NCBI GenBank assembly: GCA_028819215.1
Contig: JAPPMG010000102.1
Span: forward strand, 69,541-133,540
Length of the DNA stretch: 64,000 nt
Direction of reading: 5' to 3'
Source of the DNA: Bryobacterales bacterium
GTDB lineage: Bacteria > Acidobacteriota > Terriglobia > Bryobacterales > UBA6623
Shown here: in pieces, positions 44,552 through 53,714 of the stretch
Layout: each line of letters begins with the position of its first letter
How positions within the stretch are numbered: the stretch's first letter is position 1
The notes under the pieces: generated by a model
What the model was told of the DNA's origin: nothing
Databases searched by the model: none
Seen by the model: only the letters and a program-made list of their open reading frames with translations
Made by a program: the position numbers and the translations under genes

Positions 44552-45781
44552 CTAGCTGAGATCGGCTCTGCTCGGGCGCAGCTTTGCGAAGTCGGCACCG
44601 GAAATCACGTAGTACCAGTCCGCGAAACGCGTGCGCAGTTCATCGGCCAATTCCCCGCCCTGTTCCTTGTCGCCCTCGTAGCTCTCCGCTCGACCTTCGC
44701 TGTAGTCCACGCTGACCATCAGATAGCGGCGCTCGCCCTCGCCCTCGCTGCCCGATTCGTCTTGATCGCTGCTCGGCTCCGCTCCGCCCCTGGCCACTTC
44801 ACCGAAACGCAGCGTATAGCGCAGACCATTCTTGGAATCGACCACGATCTCGCCTTCGTTGGACAGGATCTGACCGGTGTAGGGGTTTGGGAAGAAGCCC
44901 TTGCCTTGCAACGAGCGGAAGTTCTCCATGGTCGGCTGGATGCCCTCGCGCGCCTTTAGGTCCGCGCTCAGCCCCTGCGGTTTCGGCTGCACGTCGACGA
45001 TGCGCAGATTGTCCAATGCCGTGGTGAGCGCACTCATCGTGTCAGAGTTCGGCTCGCGCCCGCCCAGCTGCCACTTGCTGTCCTGTTGGGTCAGCGTCGT
45101 CTGCTGGCGGTTTTCGATGCGTCCCAGTCGCTCGTTGATCGTGTAGCTGTTGATCTGGATGCGACGCAGATCGAACGGGGAGACCTTCAGCAGATCCGTC
45201 TCGATCCAGTCCTGGAACCTAGCCGAGACGTCCGCCTCGGTCTTGACCTCGTACGTGCGCTTCTGGCCCGGGACCCGCATGTAGCGATAGCCGCGCTTGT
45301 CCTTGACTTCTTTGCCGACGATGAAGTCCGCAAGCACGTTCGAGTCGCCGTCGAGGATCTTGACCCGCTTGCCCCTGCCGGCCAGCGAGGTCGCTTGGTC
45401 GTCCAGGGGGTCGACCACCGAATATTCCGTGTGATCCTGAGCCAGGTCCGATACGACGCGATCCTTGCGCAGTTCGATCAGTGCCGCGGCGGTCGTCGCC
45501 AATCTCTCCTCGGCATCGGCCGGATAGCTGTGATGTGACGGGATCACCCACTTGTTTTCAGTGAACTCGACCTTGAGGGGCGTGGCCGTGGCGGTTGCCT
45601 CGTCGTAGTCGATCACCTCGATGGACTTCGGTGCTTGAGGGTCGGTGAACTCAGCGAAGAACAGCTCCCCCACGTCGTCGAAGATGTCGGGCGTCGACTT
45701 GCTGGGGTCAACGACCACTGCGGCGGCGGCCATCACGACCGCAGCCATGACGAAATACAGGGTCTTGGTTGTCTCGTTCAT
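44552..45781 (-). CDS. DUF4340-like protein (GldG-associated), N-terminal membrane anchor
   Basis: ORF 44552..45781 (-). N-terminal TM TLYFVMAAVVMAAAAVVV. Its ATG overlaps the upstream gene's stop (ATGA, 45778-45781). The family call rests mainly on its position after a GldG-type gene. Confidence 0.55.
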   Translation of the reverse strand: MNETTKTLYFVMAAVVMAAAAVVVDPSKSTPDIFDDVGELFFAEFTDPQAPKSIEVIDYDEATATATPLKVEFTENKWVIPSHHSYPADAEERLATTAAALIELRKDRVVSDLAQDHTEYSVVDPLDDQATSLAGRGKRVKILDGDSNVLADFIVGKEVKDKRGYRYMRVPGQKRTYEVKTEADVSARFQDWIETDLLKVSPFDLRRIQINSYTINERLGRIENRQQTTLTQQDSKWQLGGREPNSDTMSALTTALDNLRIVDVQPKPQGLSADLKAREGIQPTMENFRSLQGKGFFPNPYTGQILSNEGEIVVDSKNGLRYTLRFGEVARGGAEPSSDQDESGSEGEGERRYLMVSVDYSEGRAESYEGDKEQGGELADELRTRFADWYYVISGADFAKLRPSRADLS

Positions 45782-48420
45782 TGCTTGCTGGTCTCCACCA
45801 GGCGATGCTGGGCAACACCGATCTGCTCGCGCTCGCGCCGCTTCACCGATACGAACAAGAACAGCAGGACCGCCGGCACTGGCGAGAGCATCACGGCCAA
45901 GAGCTTGTAGAAGTTCTGAATGCTCCGGACCGCAGCTTCCATGTCTCCCCTCGCAGCCTCGATCAACCGCTCCTTCTCGTCTTCGATATTGCTGCGCGCG
46001 ACGGTGAGGCGGCGGTTCTCGATGCGCTCTTGGTTCGAGATCATGATGCGCTTTGTCTGCGCGTCCAAGTCGGTCCGATCCTGCAGCGCCTGCACGGCCG
46101 CGTCCAAGCGCTCCTGGGCTGCGTTGAGCTTCTCTTCCGCTTCCTGCTCGGCAACGCGGGTCTCCTCAAGTCGATCCTCTTCGTAGCTGCGCGTCTGGGC
46201 CTCCACTCGCTCCAGCGTGCGGTGCGCACGGCGCCGCTTGCGCAGCTCAATGAAGGAATCGTCGCCGGCCAGCCGGTCCACGGCATTGAGCAGGAACGTG
46301 ACGTTGTCGAAGTTCAGGTCTTCCACGCCCTGGCGGCGCAGTTCAAAGAACTGCTCGCCGAGCATGTCGGCGTCGGCAACGACGATCGCGCGCACCGGAT
46401 CGTCATCGCCCTTGCCAGAGAGGCGCGCGGCCACGATGTGGCTCTCTTCGTCGGGATCGTGCGGCAGGTTCGTGGCGAGCTGGGTGCCGAACATCGACTG
46501 CTGCACCAAGCGGAACCACGAAGTGGTGCCAGAATCCGCCCCCGTCCGCAACAGGGGGACGAAATCGGTATTGGCTTCGCTGTCTTCGGCAGGCTCGAGG
46601 ACCCCTGCGTACAGCAGCACGATCTCCTGCAGTCCCGATGTGACCGAATCGTCTTGGTTGAAGGTGCCGTCGTATTCGTTGCCCTCGCCCAAGAAGACCA
46701 CCTCTTCGGGCAGCGTGCGGAACGTCGGGTGCGGATTGTACTTGTCCCACGCGATGCTGTCTGTCAGCCACTGCACGCCCAGCGCGTCCATGAGCGGCTT
46801 CGTGTCGGTGGGCACCCGCTGGGGTTGCCCCTGTTGGAACGGGCTCTGCGGGACTTGGTGCGGGGAGGACGCGATATCGAACGCCGGAAGTGGATCGACG
46901 ACTACCAGCGCCGGATTGCCAGCTTTGACCCACTCGGCAAGGCGATCCATCCCGTCGGATTGCAAGGTGTTCGGAAGTACCGCGATCAGAACATCCAGAT
47001 CGTCGGGATAGTCCGCTTCAGCGGGGACTTGCACCACGTCGTACTGTTTTTCGAGTTCTGAGACGATGGACCAGCCGCGGGTTTGCTGACGCGTCTGGAA
47101 GTCGAAGCCGCCGAACAGGTCGACGCCCGTGCGCAGCACGCCGACCTTCTTACGCTCGGCATCGGCAACCACGCGGACCGAACGCATCAATTCGTACTCG
47201 ACCGGCAAACCCGGGTCGAAGAACGGGATTACGAACTCCTCGGCCCCTGCGCTGAAGACAAGCCCGAAGAAAATCTCGTCTGGACTGCCCTGCGTCTGAT
47301 ACATCGGCGGCACCGGTCGGGCCCGGATGCTGAAGCGCTCGCGCGCCTCCCGCGCTTCCGGCGTGAACGGCTCGGTCGCGATGATGTTGGCGTGGATCTT
47401 GCTGCCCCCGCGTGAATCGAACTGGCGGAGCAACGAGATTATGTTGCTGCGGGCCTGCACGTATCGGCGCGGCACCTCGGGGCTGAGATAGGCCTGGATG
47501 AAAACGGGACGATCCTCGTCGAGGCTCGCGATCAACTCGCGGGTGTCCGGGGAAAGCGAGTGCAGGCGCTCCGCCGTGGCATCCAGCCTGCCACCTAGTC
47601 GACCGACCAAGACCGTCAGGCCTGCGACCGCGACCAACAGCGCGACTCCGCGCGCGGCGTAGTGCCAGCCCAGTCTGGGCGCACCGTCGCCGGTGGCCCA
47701 GTGGCGCCTGCCCAAGGCGGCGATGTTGAGGTACACCAGCGTGGCCGCGAAGCCCGCGAAGTAGAGAATCCCGTATAGCGGGATCACTCCATCGGAGAAG
47801 TCGCGGAATTGTTCAATGAACGACAGGCTTTCCAGCAATCGCCGCAAGCCACCGCCAATGATGTTGCCCGCGTGCTCGATGAAGACCGGCACAGCGCACA
47901 GCAGCGCGCCGAGGATGTAGGCCACGGTCAGGTTCGAGCTCAACTGCGAGGCCAGCATGCCCAGCCCGAGCAGGGCGGCGCCCATCAGCCAGTAGCCGAC
48001 ATACGTCGCGAACAGCAGGCCTAGATCCGGACTGCCCAGAAACAACAGCACGACCACATGGCTGAGGGAAAACACCAAAGCGACCGAATACACGACCAAA
48101 TACGCCGCATACTTGCCAAGCACGATCTCCAGGTCTGTTGCCGGCAGGGTCAGCAGCAGTTCGTCAGTGCCGTGCAGCCGCTCCTCGGCCCACGCCGCCA
48201 TCGTCAGCGCAGGGACCAGGAAGATCAGCAGGTAGGGGAAATAGACATTCAGGGTCTCGAGGTTCGCCAGGTTGCTGGCAAAGAACGCTTCTTGCCAGAA
48301 CGCCGCAACGGCGCTGAGGAACACGAACAGCGACAGGAAGACATAACCTGTCGGACTGCTGAAATACGACGTGAGCTCGCGGCGCAGGACCGCTCTCGAG
48401 ACATGCCAGGACTGGTTCAC
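45778..48420 (-). CDS. fused ABC-2 permease (GldF-like) and GldG-like auxiliary protein
   Basis: ORF 45778..48420 (-), 880 aa; its GTG start overlaps the ATPase stop (GTGA). The N-terminal ~240 aa are a 6-TM ABC-2 permease (RRELTSYFSSPTGYVFLSLFVFLSAVAAFWQ...). They are followed by a large GldG-type extracytoplasmic region, a coiled-coil and a C-terminal TM (LLAVMLSPVPAVLLFLFV). Confidence 0.75.
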   Translation of the reverse strand: MNQSWHVSRAVLRRELTSYFSSPTGYVFLSLFVFLSAVAAFWQEAFFASNLANLETLNVYFPYLLIFLVPALTMAAWAEERLHGTDELLLTLPATDLEIVLGKYAAYLVVYSVALVFSLSHVVVLLFLGSPDLGLLFATYVGYWLMGAALLGLGMLASQLSSNLTVAYILGALLCAVPVFIEHAGNIIGGGLRRLLESLSFIEQFRDFSDGVIPLYGILYFAGFAATLVYLNIAALGRRHWATGDGAPRLGWHYAARGVALLVAVAGLTVLVGRLGGRLDATAERLHSLSPDTRELIASLDEDRPVFIQAYLSPEVPRRYVQARSNIISLLRQFDSRGGSKIHANIIATEPFTPEAREARERFSIRARPVPPMYQTQGSPDEIFFGLVFSAGAEEFVIPFFDPGLPVEYELMRSVRVVADAERKKVGVLRTGVDLFGGFDFQTRQQTRGWSIVSELEKQYDVVQVPAEADYPDDLDVLIAVLPNTLQSDGMDRLAEWVKAGNPALVVVDPLPAFDIASSPHQVPQSPFQQGQPQRVPTDTKPLMDALGVQWLTDSIAWDKYNPHPTFRTLPEEVVFLGEGNEYDGTFNQDDSVTSGLQEIVLLYAGVLEPAEDSEANTDFVPLLRTGADSGTTSWFRLVQQSMFGTQLATNLPHDPDEESHIVAARLSGKGDDDPVRAIVVADADMLGEQFFELRRQGVEDLNFDNVTFLLNAVDRLAGDDSFIELRKRRRAHRTLERVEAQTRSYEEDRLEETRVAEQEAEEKLNAAQERLDAAVQALQDRTDLDAQTKRIMISNQERIENRRLTVARSNIEDEKERLIEAARGDMEAAVRSIQNFYKLLAVMLSPVPAVLLFLFVSVKRREREQIGVAQHRLVETSKQ

Positions 48421-49247
48421 TGCACACCCCCTTGAGCATCGCTTTCAGCGTCCGCCTCTTCCTCGAGCTGCTGTGCATCTGCCTCGCCGGCAGTTCCGCC
48501 TTCCGCGTGCTGCCCTGCCGCGCCTTGTGTCAGCCGTTGGAATGCCGCCTCCAGCCCGCTGCCGTCGGCCATTTCGCCGGGAGTTCCATCGAAGACGATT
48601 CGGCCCTCGTGGATGATCACGACGTGGTCTGCCACGGCTTCGACCTCTTGCAGGATGTGTGTCGAAATGAGCACCGTCTTCGATTCGCTGAGCTCGCGGA
48701 TCAAACTGCGCACCTCGCGGATCTGATTGGGGTCGAGCCCGGCAGTGGGCTCGTCCATGATCAAGATATCGGGCTCGTGCAGCAGCGCCTGGGCCATGCC
48801 GACGCGCTGTCGGTAGCCCTTCGAGAGCTTGTGAATCGCTTTCTCGAGCACAGCCTGGAGGTTGCACTGCTCAACCACCGCGTCTACCCGTGACGCCAGG
48901 CGCTCCGGCACAAGTCCCCGGGCCTCGCCAAAGAAGCGCAATAGCTCAAGCGGCGTCATCTGCGGATAGAGCGGCCCGTTTTCGGGCAGGTAGCCGATCT
49001 TGGAAGCCGCTTCGATGCGGTGTGTGGCGATGTCCAAGCCTGCGATCCGAGCGCTGCCCTTGGTCGCTTGCAAGAATCCGGTCAGAATCTTGAGCGTGGT
49101 TGATTTGCCGGCACCGTTGGGCCCCAGAAACGCCGCGACCTGTCCACGCGGCACTTCAAACGACACGTCTTGGATCGCAGCGAAGTTCCCATAGAACTTG
49201 CTGAGTTGGACGGCTTGGATCGCAGGAGAGTCCTCTCTGGCGGTCAT
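48417..49247 (-). CDS. ABC transporter ATP-binding protein (GldA-like)
   Basis: ORF 48417..49247 (-). Walker A GPNGAGKST, signature LSKGYRQRVGMAQAL, Walker B ILIMDEPTAGLD. Acidic C-terminal extension. Confidence 0.9.
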   Translation of the reverse strand: MTAREDSPAIQAVQLSKFYGNFAAIQDVSFEVPRGQVAAFLGPNGAGKSTTLKILTGFLQATKGSARIAGLDIATHRIEAASKIGYLPENGPLYPQMTPLELLRFFGEARGLVPERLASRVDAVVEQCNLQAVLEKAIHKLSKGYRQRVGMAQALLHEPDILIMDEPTAGLDPNQIREVRSLIRELSESKTVLISTHILQEVEAVADHVVIIHEGRIVFDGTPGEMADGSGLEAAFQRLTQGAAGQHAEGGTAGEADAQQLEEEADAESDAQGGVQ

Positions 49248-49648
49248 GGTCAGTTAGTCGGTAGCTATCACACGCGCAGCTAGCGCGGAACCAGTGCCCG
49301 ATCAGGCGCGCATTCGAGCGGCCCGGCAACCGGCGAACTCCCCCAACATAACGAATCGCGCAAAGGCAATTCAAGCCGCTCGGAGAGCCGTGCCCAATCG
49401 ACTAGACGCACGGCTCGGTCATTTCGTGACACCGATTCTTGTGACGCCGGCGAAACTGCGCACGAGTACTGCGCGACGCGCGCCAGCGTGGCCCGAGGCG
49501 CCCTAAATGTATACTTGTGTGACCGCTGAATGGCATCCTCGCGCGTTGCCTGTGACAGCAGCCTCTGCTCGGAAGCTGCACTGCCCGTCGCGACAGCAGC
49601 GTTGCTGCAGCAATTCGCCGTGGAAGCTCGGACAGCTGGAGGTGAAAG

Positions 49649-50935
49649 GTGGCACTGACTCGCAGGATCTTCCTAGGCACTGGGGCCGGCGTGCTGGCCC
49701 AAGCGCAGACCGTCGCTCCCAGCGACCGGATCAGCGTCGGCATGATTGCAGTCGGCTCGCGTTCGCACGAACTGCTGGAAGCGATCAAGCGGGTGGACGG
49801 CACCGAGATCGTCGGTGTCTGCGACGCTTACACGGGACGCGTGGAGAGAGCGATTGAGCGGACTGAAGGAAGAGCCAAGAAGTACTCCAGCTACAAAGAC
49901 ATCTTGGCTGACCCTTCTATCGACGCCGTGACCATTGGAACGCCGGATCACTGGCACCGGCAAATGGTGATCGAAGCCTTGCAGGCGGGTAAGGACGTCT
50001 ATTGCGAGAAACCGCTCACGTTCACCATCGACGAGGGCTTGGAAATCGCGGCCGCGGCCGAGCGAGCAGGCAAGATCCTGCAGGTCGGCAGCCAAGGCAT
50101 TAGCAGCGACACCACCAAAGCGCTGCGCTCGTGGGTCCAGGAGGGCAAGCTCGGCCAGATCACGATGATTCGCGCGGCGTACAACCGCAACAGCCCTGGA
50201 GGGGCTTGGATCTACCCAATTCCATCTGACGCTTCGCCGGAAACGGTTGATTGGGATGCCTTTCTGGGCCCAGCTCCGAAACGCGACTTCGACCTGGAGA
50301 GATTCTTCCGCTGGCGCTGCTACAAGGAGTATTCCGGAGGGATCGCGACGGACTTGTTCGTGCATCTCTGCACCACGATCCACTTCGTGACCGGGGCGGT
50401 GATGCCGGCCGACGTCGTCGCCATGGGGGACCTCTACCGCTGGACGAAAAGCCGCGACGTGCCCGACACTCTCAACGCCCTGCTGCGCTACCAGGAAGGC
50501 TTCACCGTCAATCTCAGCTCGACCTTCAACAGCCGGGCGGATGGCGGCTACCTGTTCCAGATCCTAGGCACGGAGGGTGCCGCGCAACTGGCCGGCCGCA
50601 CCTTGACGCTTTATCCTGATCCGGCCTACGACAATAACGGCTGGATCGTGGGTGCCTGGCCGAAGCAGCTGGAAGAGGCATACTACGCCACCCCGCAAGG
50701 GCGCGCCGAATTGCGTCGTCCGCGGGCGACCGAAGAGGTCTACCAAGACACGGGGCCGGATGCGACCGTCGCGCACTTCGCAGACTTCTTCCACGCAGTC
50801 CGCAACCGCGGCGGCAACGTCGAGGATGCTTGGGTCGGGCATCACGCCGCCTCCTGCGCCCACCTCATCAACGCTTCGGTGGAGACCGGGGCCATGAAGC
50901 ACTGGGATTTCGCTCGGCACCGTGCTTCGGCTTGA
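49649..50935 (+). CDS. Gfo/Idh/MocA family oxidoreductase with TAT signal
   Basis: ORF 49649..50935 (+); GTG start preceded by GGAGGTGA. MALTRRIFLGTGAGVLAQAQT, then ISVGMIAVGSRSHELLEAI..., and CEKPLT. Confidence 0.85.
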   Translation: MALTRRIFLGTGAGVLAQAQTVAPSDRISVGMIAVGSRSHELLEAIKRVDGTEIVGVCDAYTGRVERAIERTEGRAKKYSSYKDILADPSIDAVTIGTPDHWHRQMVIEALQAGKDVYCEKPLTFTIDEGLEIAAAAERAGKILQVGSQGISSDTTKALRSWVQEGKLGQITMIRAAYNRNSPGGAWIYPIPSDASPETVDWDAFLGPAPKRDFDLERFFRWRCYKEYSGGIATDLFVHLCTTIHFVTGAVMPADVVAMGDLYRWTKSRDVPDTLNALLRYQEGFTVNLSSTFNSRADGGYLFQILGTEGAAQLAGRTLTLYPDPAYDNNGWIVGAWPKQLEEAYYATPQGRAELRRPRATEEVYQDTGPDATVAHFADFFHAVRNRGGNVEDAWVGHHAASCAHLINASVETGAMKHWDFARHRASA

Positions 50936-51001
50936 TCTGCATATTTTCCTGAGAACTTCAAGCAGTTTCTGGAAATTGCACAACACAAAGGAGTTATCAC
51001 C

Positions 51002-51565
51002 ATGAACCAAGCGGGCTACGGCTGGCTGATCTTCGCCTTGATGACCGTTTCGTGCTGGGGCCTGTACGGCGTCTTCCTGCACAGCGGCCAGCTTGGCATG
51101 GCCGATCCGGTGAACGGCCGCTACAAGGCGTTCCTGTTCGTCGGCATTGCCTACTTCTTGGTTGCTGTGCTGGCTCCGCTCGCGATCCTGATCGTTTCGG
51201 GGGCGGATTGGCACTACCCCGCAGGTGGGATGACCATGTCCCTGATCGCTGGCACGGTCGGCGCCGTCGGGGCGTTCGGGGTACTGCTGGCGTTCGGCGC
51301 CAAGGGAACGCCAGCCGTGGTGATGTCGATCATTTTTGCCGGTGCTCCTATCGTGAACGCCATAGTCTCGATGGCGCTCCATCCGCCAGCTGGCGGAGTG
51401 GGTGGAATCCGGTGGCAGTTCTTCGCCGGGATCGCTTGTGCTGCCCTGGGCGGGTGCCTGGTCACGCTCTACAAGCCCAACCCCGCCCCGCCCAAGCCAC
51501 CCGCTGCTCAGTCAGCCGCCGTAACGGCATCCGCAGCCCCTGCAAGCGCTGAAACCGGCCGATAG
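51002..51565 (+). CDS. hypothetical polytopic membrane protein
   Basis: ORF 51002..51565 (+), 187 aa. About five hydrophobic segments and a Pro/Ala-rich tail. No family recognised with confidence. Confidence 0.5.
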   Translation: MNQAGYGWLIFALMTVSCWGLYGVFLHSGQLGMADPVNGRYKAFLFVGIAYFLVAVLAPLAILIVSGADWHYPAGGMTMSLIAGTVGAVGAFGVLLAFGAKGTPAVVMSIIFAGAPIVNAIVSMALHPPAGGVGGIRWQFFAGIACAALGGCLVTLYKPNPAPPKPPAAQSAAVTASAAPASAETGR

Positions 51566-51628
51566 CCCGCGTAGGCGCGCGAGCCGCGGCCGATTCGTTC
51601 CGCCGCCCTCTCAGCCCCTGTCCTGACC

Positions 51629-52522
51629 ATGCCAGAACGCCCGGTACAGCCACCGAGAGTACCGCTTCTCCGAGCGCTGGCGGGGGGATCGCTGATGGGC
51701 TTGGCGAACCTTGTCCCCGGCGTGTCCGGCGGGACGATGCTCTTGGCGACCGGAATCTACCCCCAGTGCATCGACGCGATCGCCAAACTCGCCACGCTGC
51801 GTCTAGACCGCGGCTCAATCACCCTTGTCGCGGCGGTCGCAGCAGCCGCCGCCGCGATGGTCCTGCTCGTCGCGGGAACGATGCGCGACCTCGTTCTCAT
51901 GCACCGCTGGATGACCTACAGCATGTTCCTCGGAGCGACGCTTGGCGGGGTGCCGGTTCTGTGGAAACTGATCGGTCGGCCCGGTGCCAAGACCTGGATC
52001 GGTGTTGCCGTGGGTCTAGCCGGGATGTCCGCCACGCTATTCTTCCCGGCCGCTTCGGCGTCTGGCACAGGTTCGTCGCCTGCAGCGCTCTTCGTAGCCG
52101 GCCTAGCCGCGTTCGCTGCGATGCTCCTGCCCGGACTGTCGGGAAGCTATCTGCTCTTGCTTAGCGGGCAGTACGTGCCCGTACTCGATGCCGTTGACGG
52201 GCTCAAGCTCGCGCTCTCTGCAGGCTCGGACCTGCACTGGCAGGCGCTTGCGGCTCCAGCCAAGGTGTTGGCACCATTCGCTGCCGGCACGCTGGCAGCG
52301 CTCGTTGGCATGAGCAGCCTGCTGCGCTTGCTGCTCGATCGTCAGCGAGCATTGATGCTCGGATTCTTACTCGGCCTACTCATCGGCGCAGTCTTGGGCC
52401 TCTGGCCCTTCCAGACCGACACCTCGGCGCTGGGCGCGGCAACTCCCATGCAAGCGCTCGGCGCCACGGCCTTGGCTGTGCTCGGCTGCAGCTTGACATA
52501 TGCGATCGGACGCCGGAGCTGA
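51629..52522 (+). CDS. DUF368 family membrane protein (PopT-like putative polyprenyl-phosphate translocase)
   Basis: ORF 51629..52522 (+). Duplicated DUF368 signature: LVPGVSGGTMLLATGIY and LLPGLSGSYLLLLSGQY. Confidence 0.8.
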   Translation: MPERPVQPPRVPLLRALAGGSLMGLANLVPGVSGGTMLLATGIYPQCIDAIAKLATLRLDRGSITLVAAVAAAAAAMVLLVAGTMRDLVLMHRWMTYSMFLGATLGGVPVLWKLIGRPGAKTWIGVAVGLAGMSATLFFPAASASGTGSSPAALFVAGLAAFAAMLLPGLSGSYLLLLSGQYVPVLDAVDGLKLALSAGSDLHWQALAAPAKVLAPFAAGTLAALVGMSSLLRLLLDRQRALMLGFLLGLLIGAVLGLWPFQTDTSALGAATPMQALGATALAVLGCSLTYAIGRRS

Positions 52523-52595
52523 GCGGAACCGTGTTAACTATGATGGTTCCTGAGTCCGCGCGGCCACGCTGCTCGCGCGCCGCTTTCTTCAACCG

Positions 52596-53624
52596 ATGAA
52601 CGCACTGCAGCTAGTCGCCCCGCAAAGGCTCGAGATGGGCATACTGCCCGACCCACCCGATCCGGGACCAATGGAGGTCTTGGTGCGCCTGCGGGCCAGC
52701 GGTGTTTGCGGCAGCGACATGCATACCTTCAGCGAGGGCGAAATCGCCGGCACGAAGGCAAACTACCCGTGCGTGCTGGGCCACGAACCGAGCGGCGAAG
52801 TAGCTGCAGTCGGGCCGGGCGTAACCGACCTCTCGCCCGGCGCAATGGTTGCGGTCGAACCGATGGTCGTGCGGGCGGAGTGCGAATTCACCCGTACGGG
52901 GCGCCAGAACCTGGCGCTGAACCATGCGTTCTTGGGACGCGAGCTAGCCGGTGCCCTGCGCGAATACGCCGTGTTGCCGAGGCGCAACCTAATGCCAATA
53001 CCCGAGGGCATGACATTCGGGGACGCGGCTTTTGTCGAGCCCCTCGCGGTGCTGCTGCACTCCTACGAACTTGCCGAACTGCGCATGGGAGAAACGGTTG
53101 CAGTTCTGGGCACGGGGCCGATCGGCCTCATCGCCGTAGCGCTGGCAAAGCTGGCCGGGGCATCTGTGATCGTGGCTGCAGACAGGATCGAGCACCGCTT
53201 GGAGCGGGCGCGCAAGCTCGGCGCGGACGTGGCAGTGAACGTCGACCGGGAGTCGCCGGTCGATGCAGTCATGGACCTGACCGGTTGCGGGGCTCACGTC
53301 GTCATCGATGGCGCCGGCAAGAGAGAGTCCATCAACAACGCCATCGCCTGTTTGCGACCCGGCGGGCGCATGGTAGTGATCGGCATCCCTTCCGAGCCCG
53401 CCGTCCCGCTTGACCTCTGGACCGCCCTCGACCGCGAGGCGAGGATCCACGTCCAGAAGCGCTCCAACGGCAATGACCACGACGCTCTGGACCTGCTCAA
53501 GCGCGGTCTGATCCGTTCGGAGGACATTATCAGCCACCGCTTTCCTCTGGAACGGGGGCAAGAAGCGTTCGAGACGATGGCGGAGTATCGGGAGGGCGTG
53601 ATCAAGCCCTTGATCCAGTGGTAG
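52596..53624 (+). CDS. zinc-dependent alcohol/polyol dehydrogenase (MDR family, sorbitol/threonine dehydrogenase-like)
   Basis: ORF 52596..53624 (+). SGVCGSDMH...GHEPSGEVAAVGPGV and Rossmann VAVLGTGPIGLIAV. Confidence 0.85.
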   Translation: MNALQLVAPQRLEMGILPDPPDPGPMEVLVRLRASGVCGSDMHTFSEGEIAGTKANYPCVLGHEPSGEVAAVGPGVTDLSPGAMVAVEPMVVRAECEFTRTGRQNLALNHAFLGRELAGALREYAVLPRRNLMPIPEGMTFGDAAFVEPLAVLLHSYELAELRMGETVAVLGTGPIGLIAVALAKLAGASVIVAADRIEHRLERARKLGADVAVNVDRESPVDAVMDLTGCGAHVVIDGAGKRESINNAIACLRPGGRMVVIGIPSEPAVPLDLWTALDREARIHVQKRSNGNDHDALDLLKRGLIRSEDIISHRFPLERGQEAFETMAEYREGVIKPLIQW

Positions 53625-53714
53625 CGCCAGCTACCCCGCCCGCTTCTCTACCCTGCAGCGCTCGCGCCCCGAATCCCAACAGCTGTTCGGCAATCGCATA
53701 AACTGGAGTCAATC

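Noticed and set aside
45769-47061. 430-aa plus-strand ORF antisense to the GldF/GldG-like gene. Similar cases: 25197..26210, 39045..39971, 16405..17457, 20758..21417, 63055..63780
   Set aside because: All lie fully inside well-supported genes on the other strand. All have low-complexity Arg/Ala/Gly/His-rich translations and no start context. They are interpreted as GC3-driven stop-codon-poor antisense frames.
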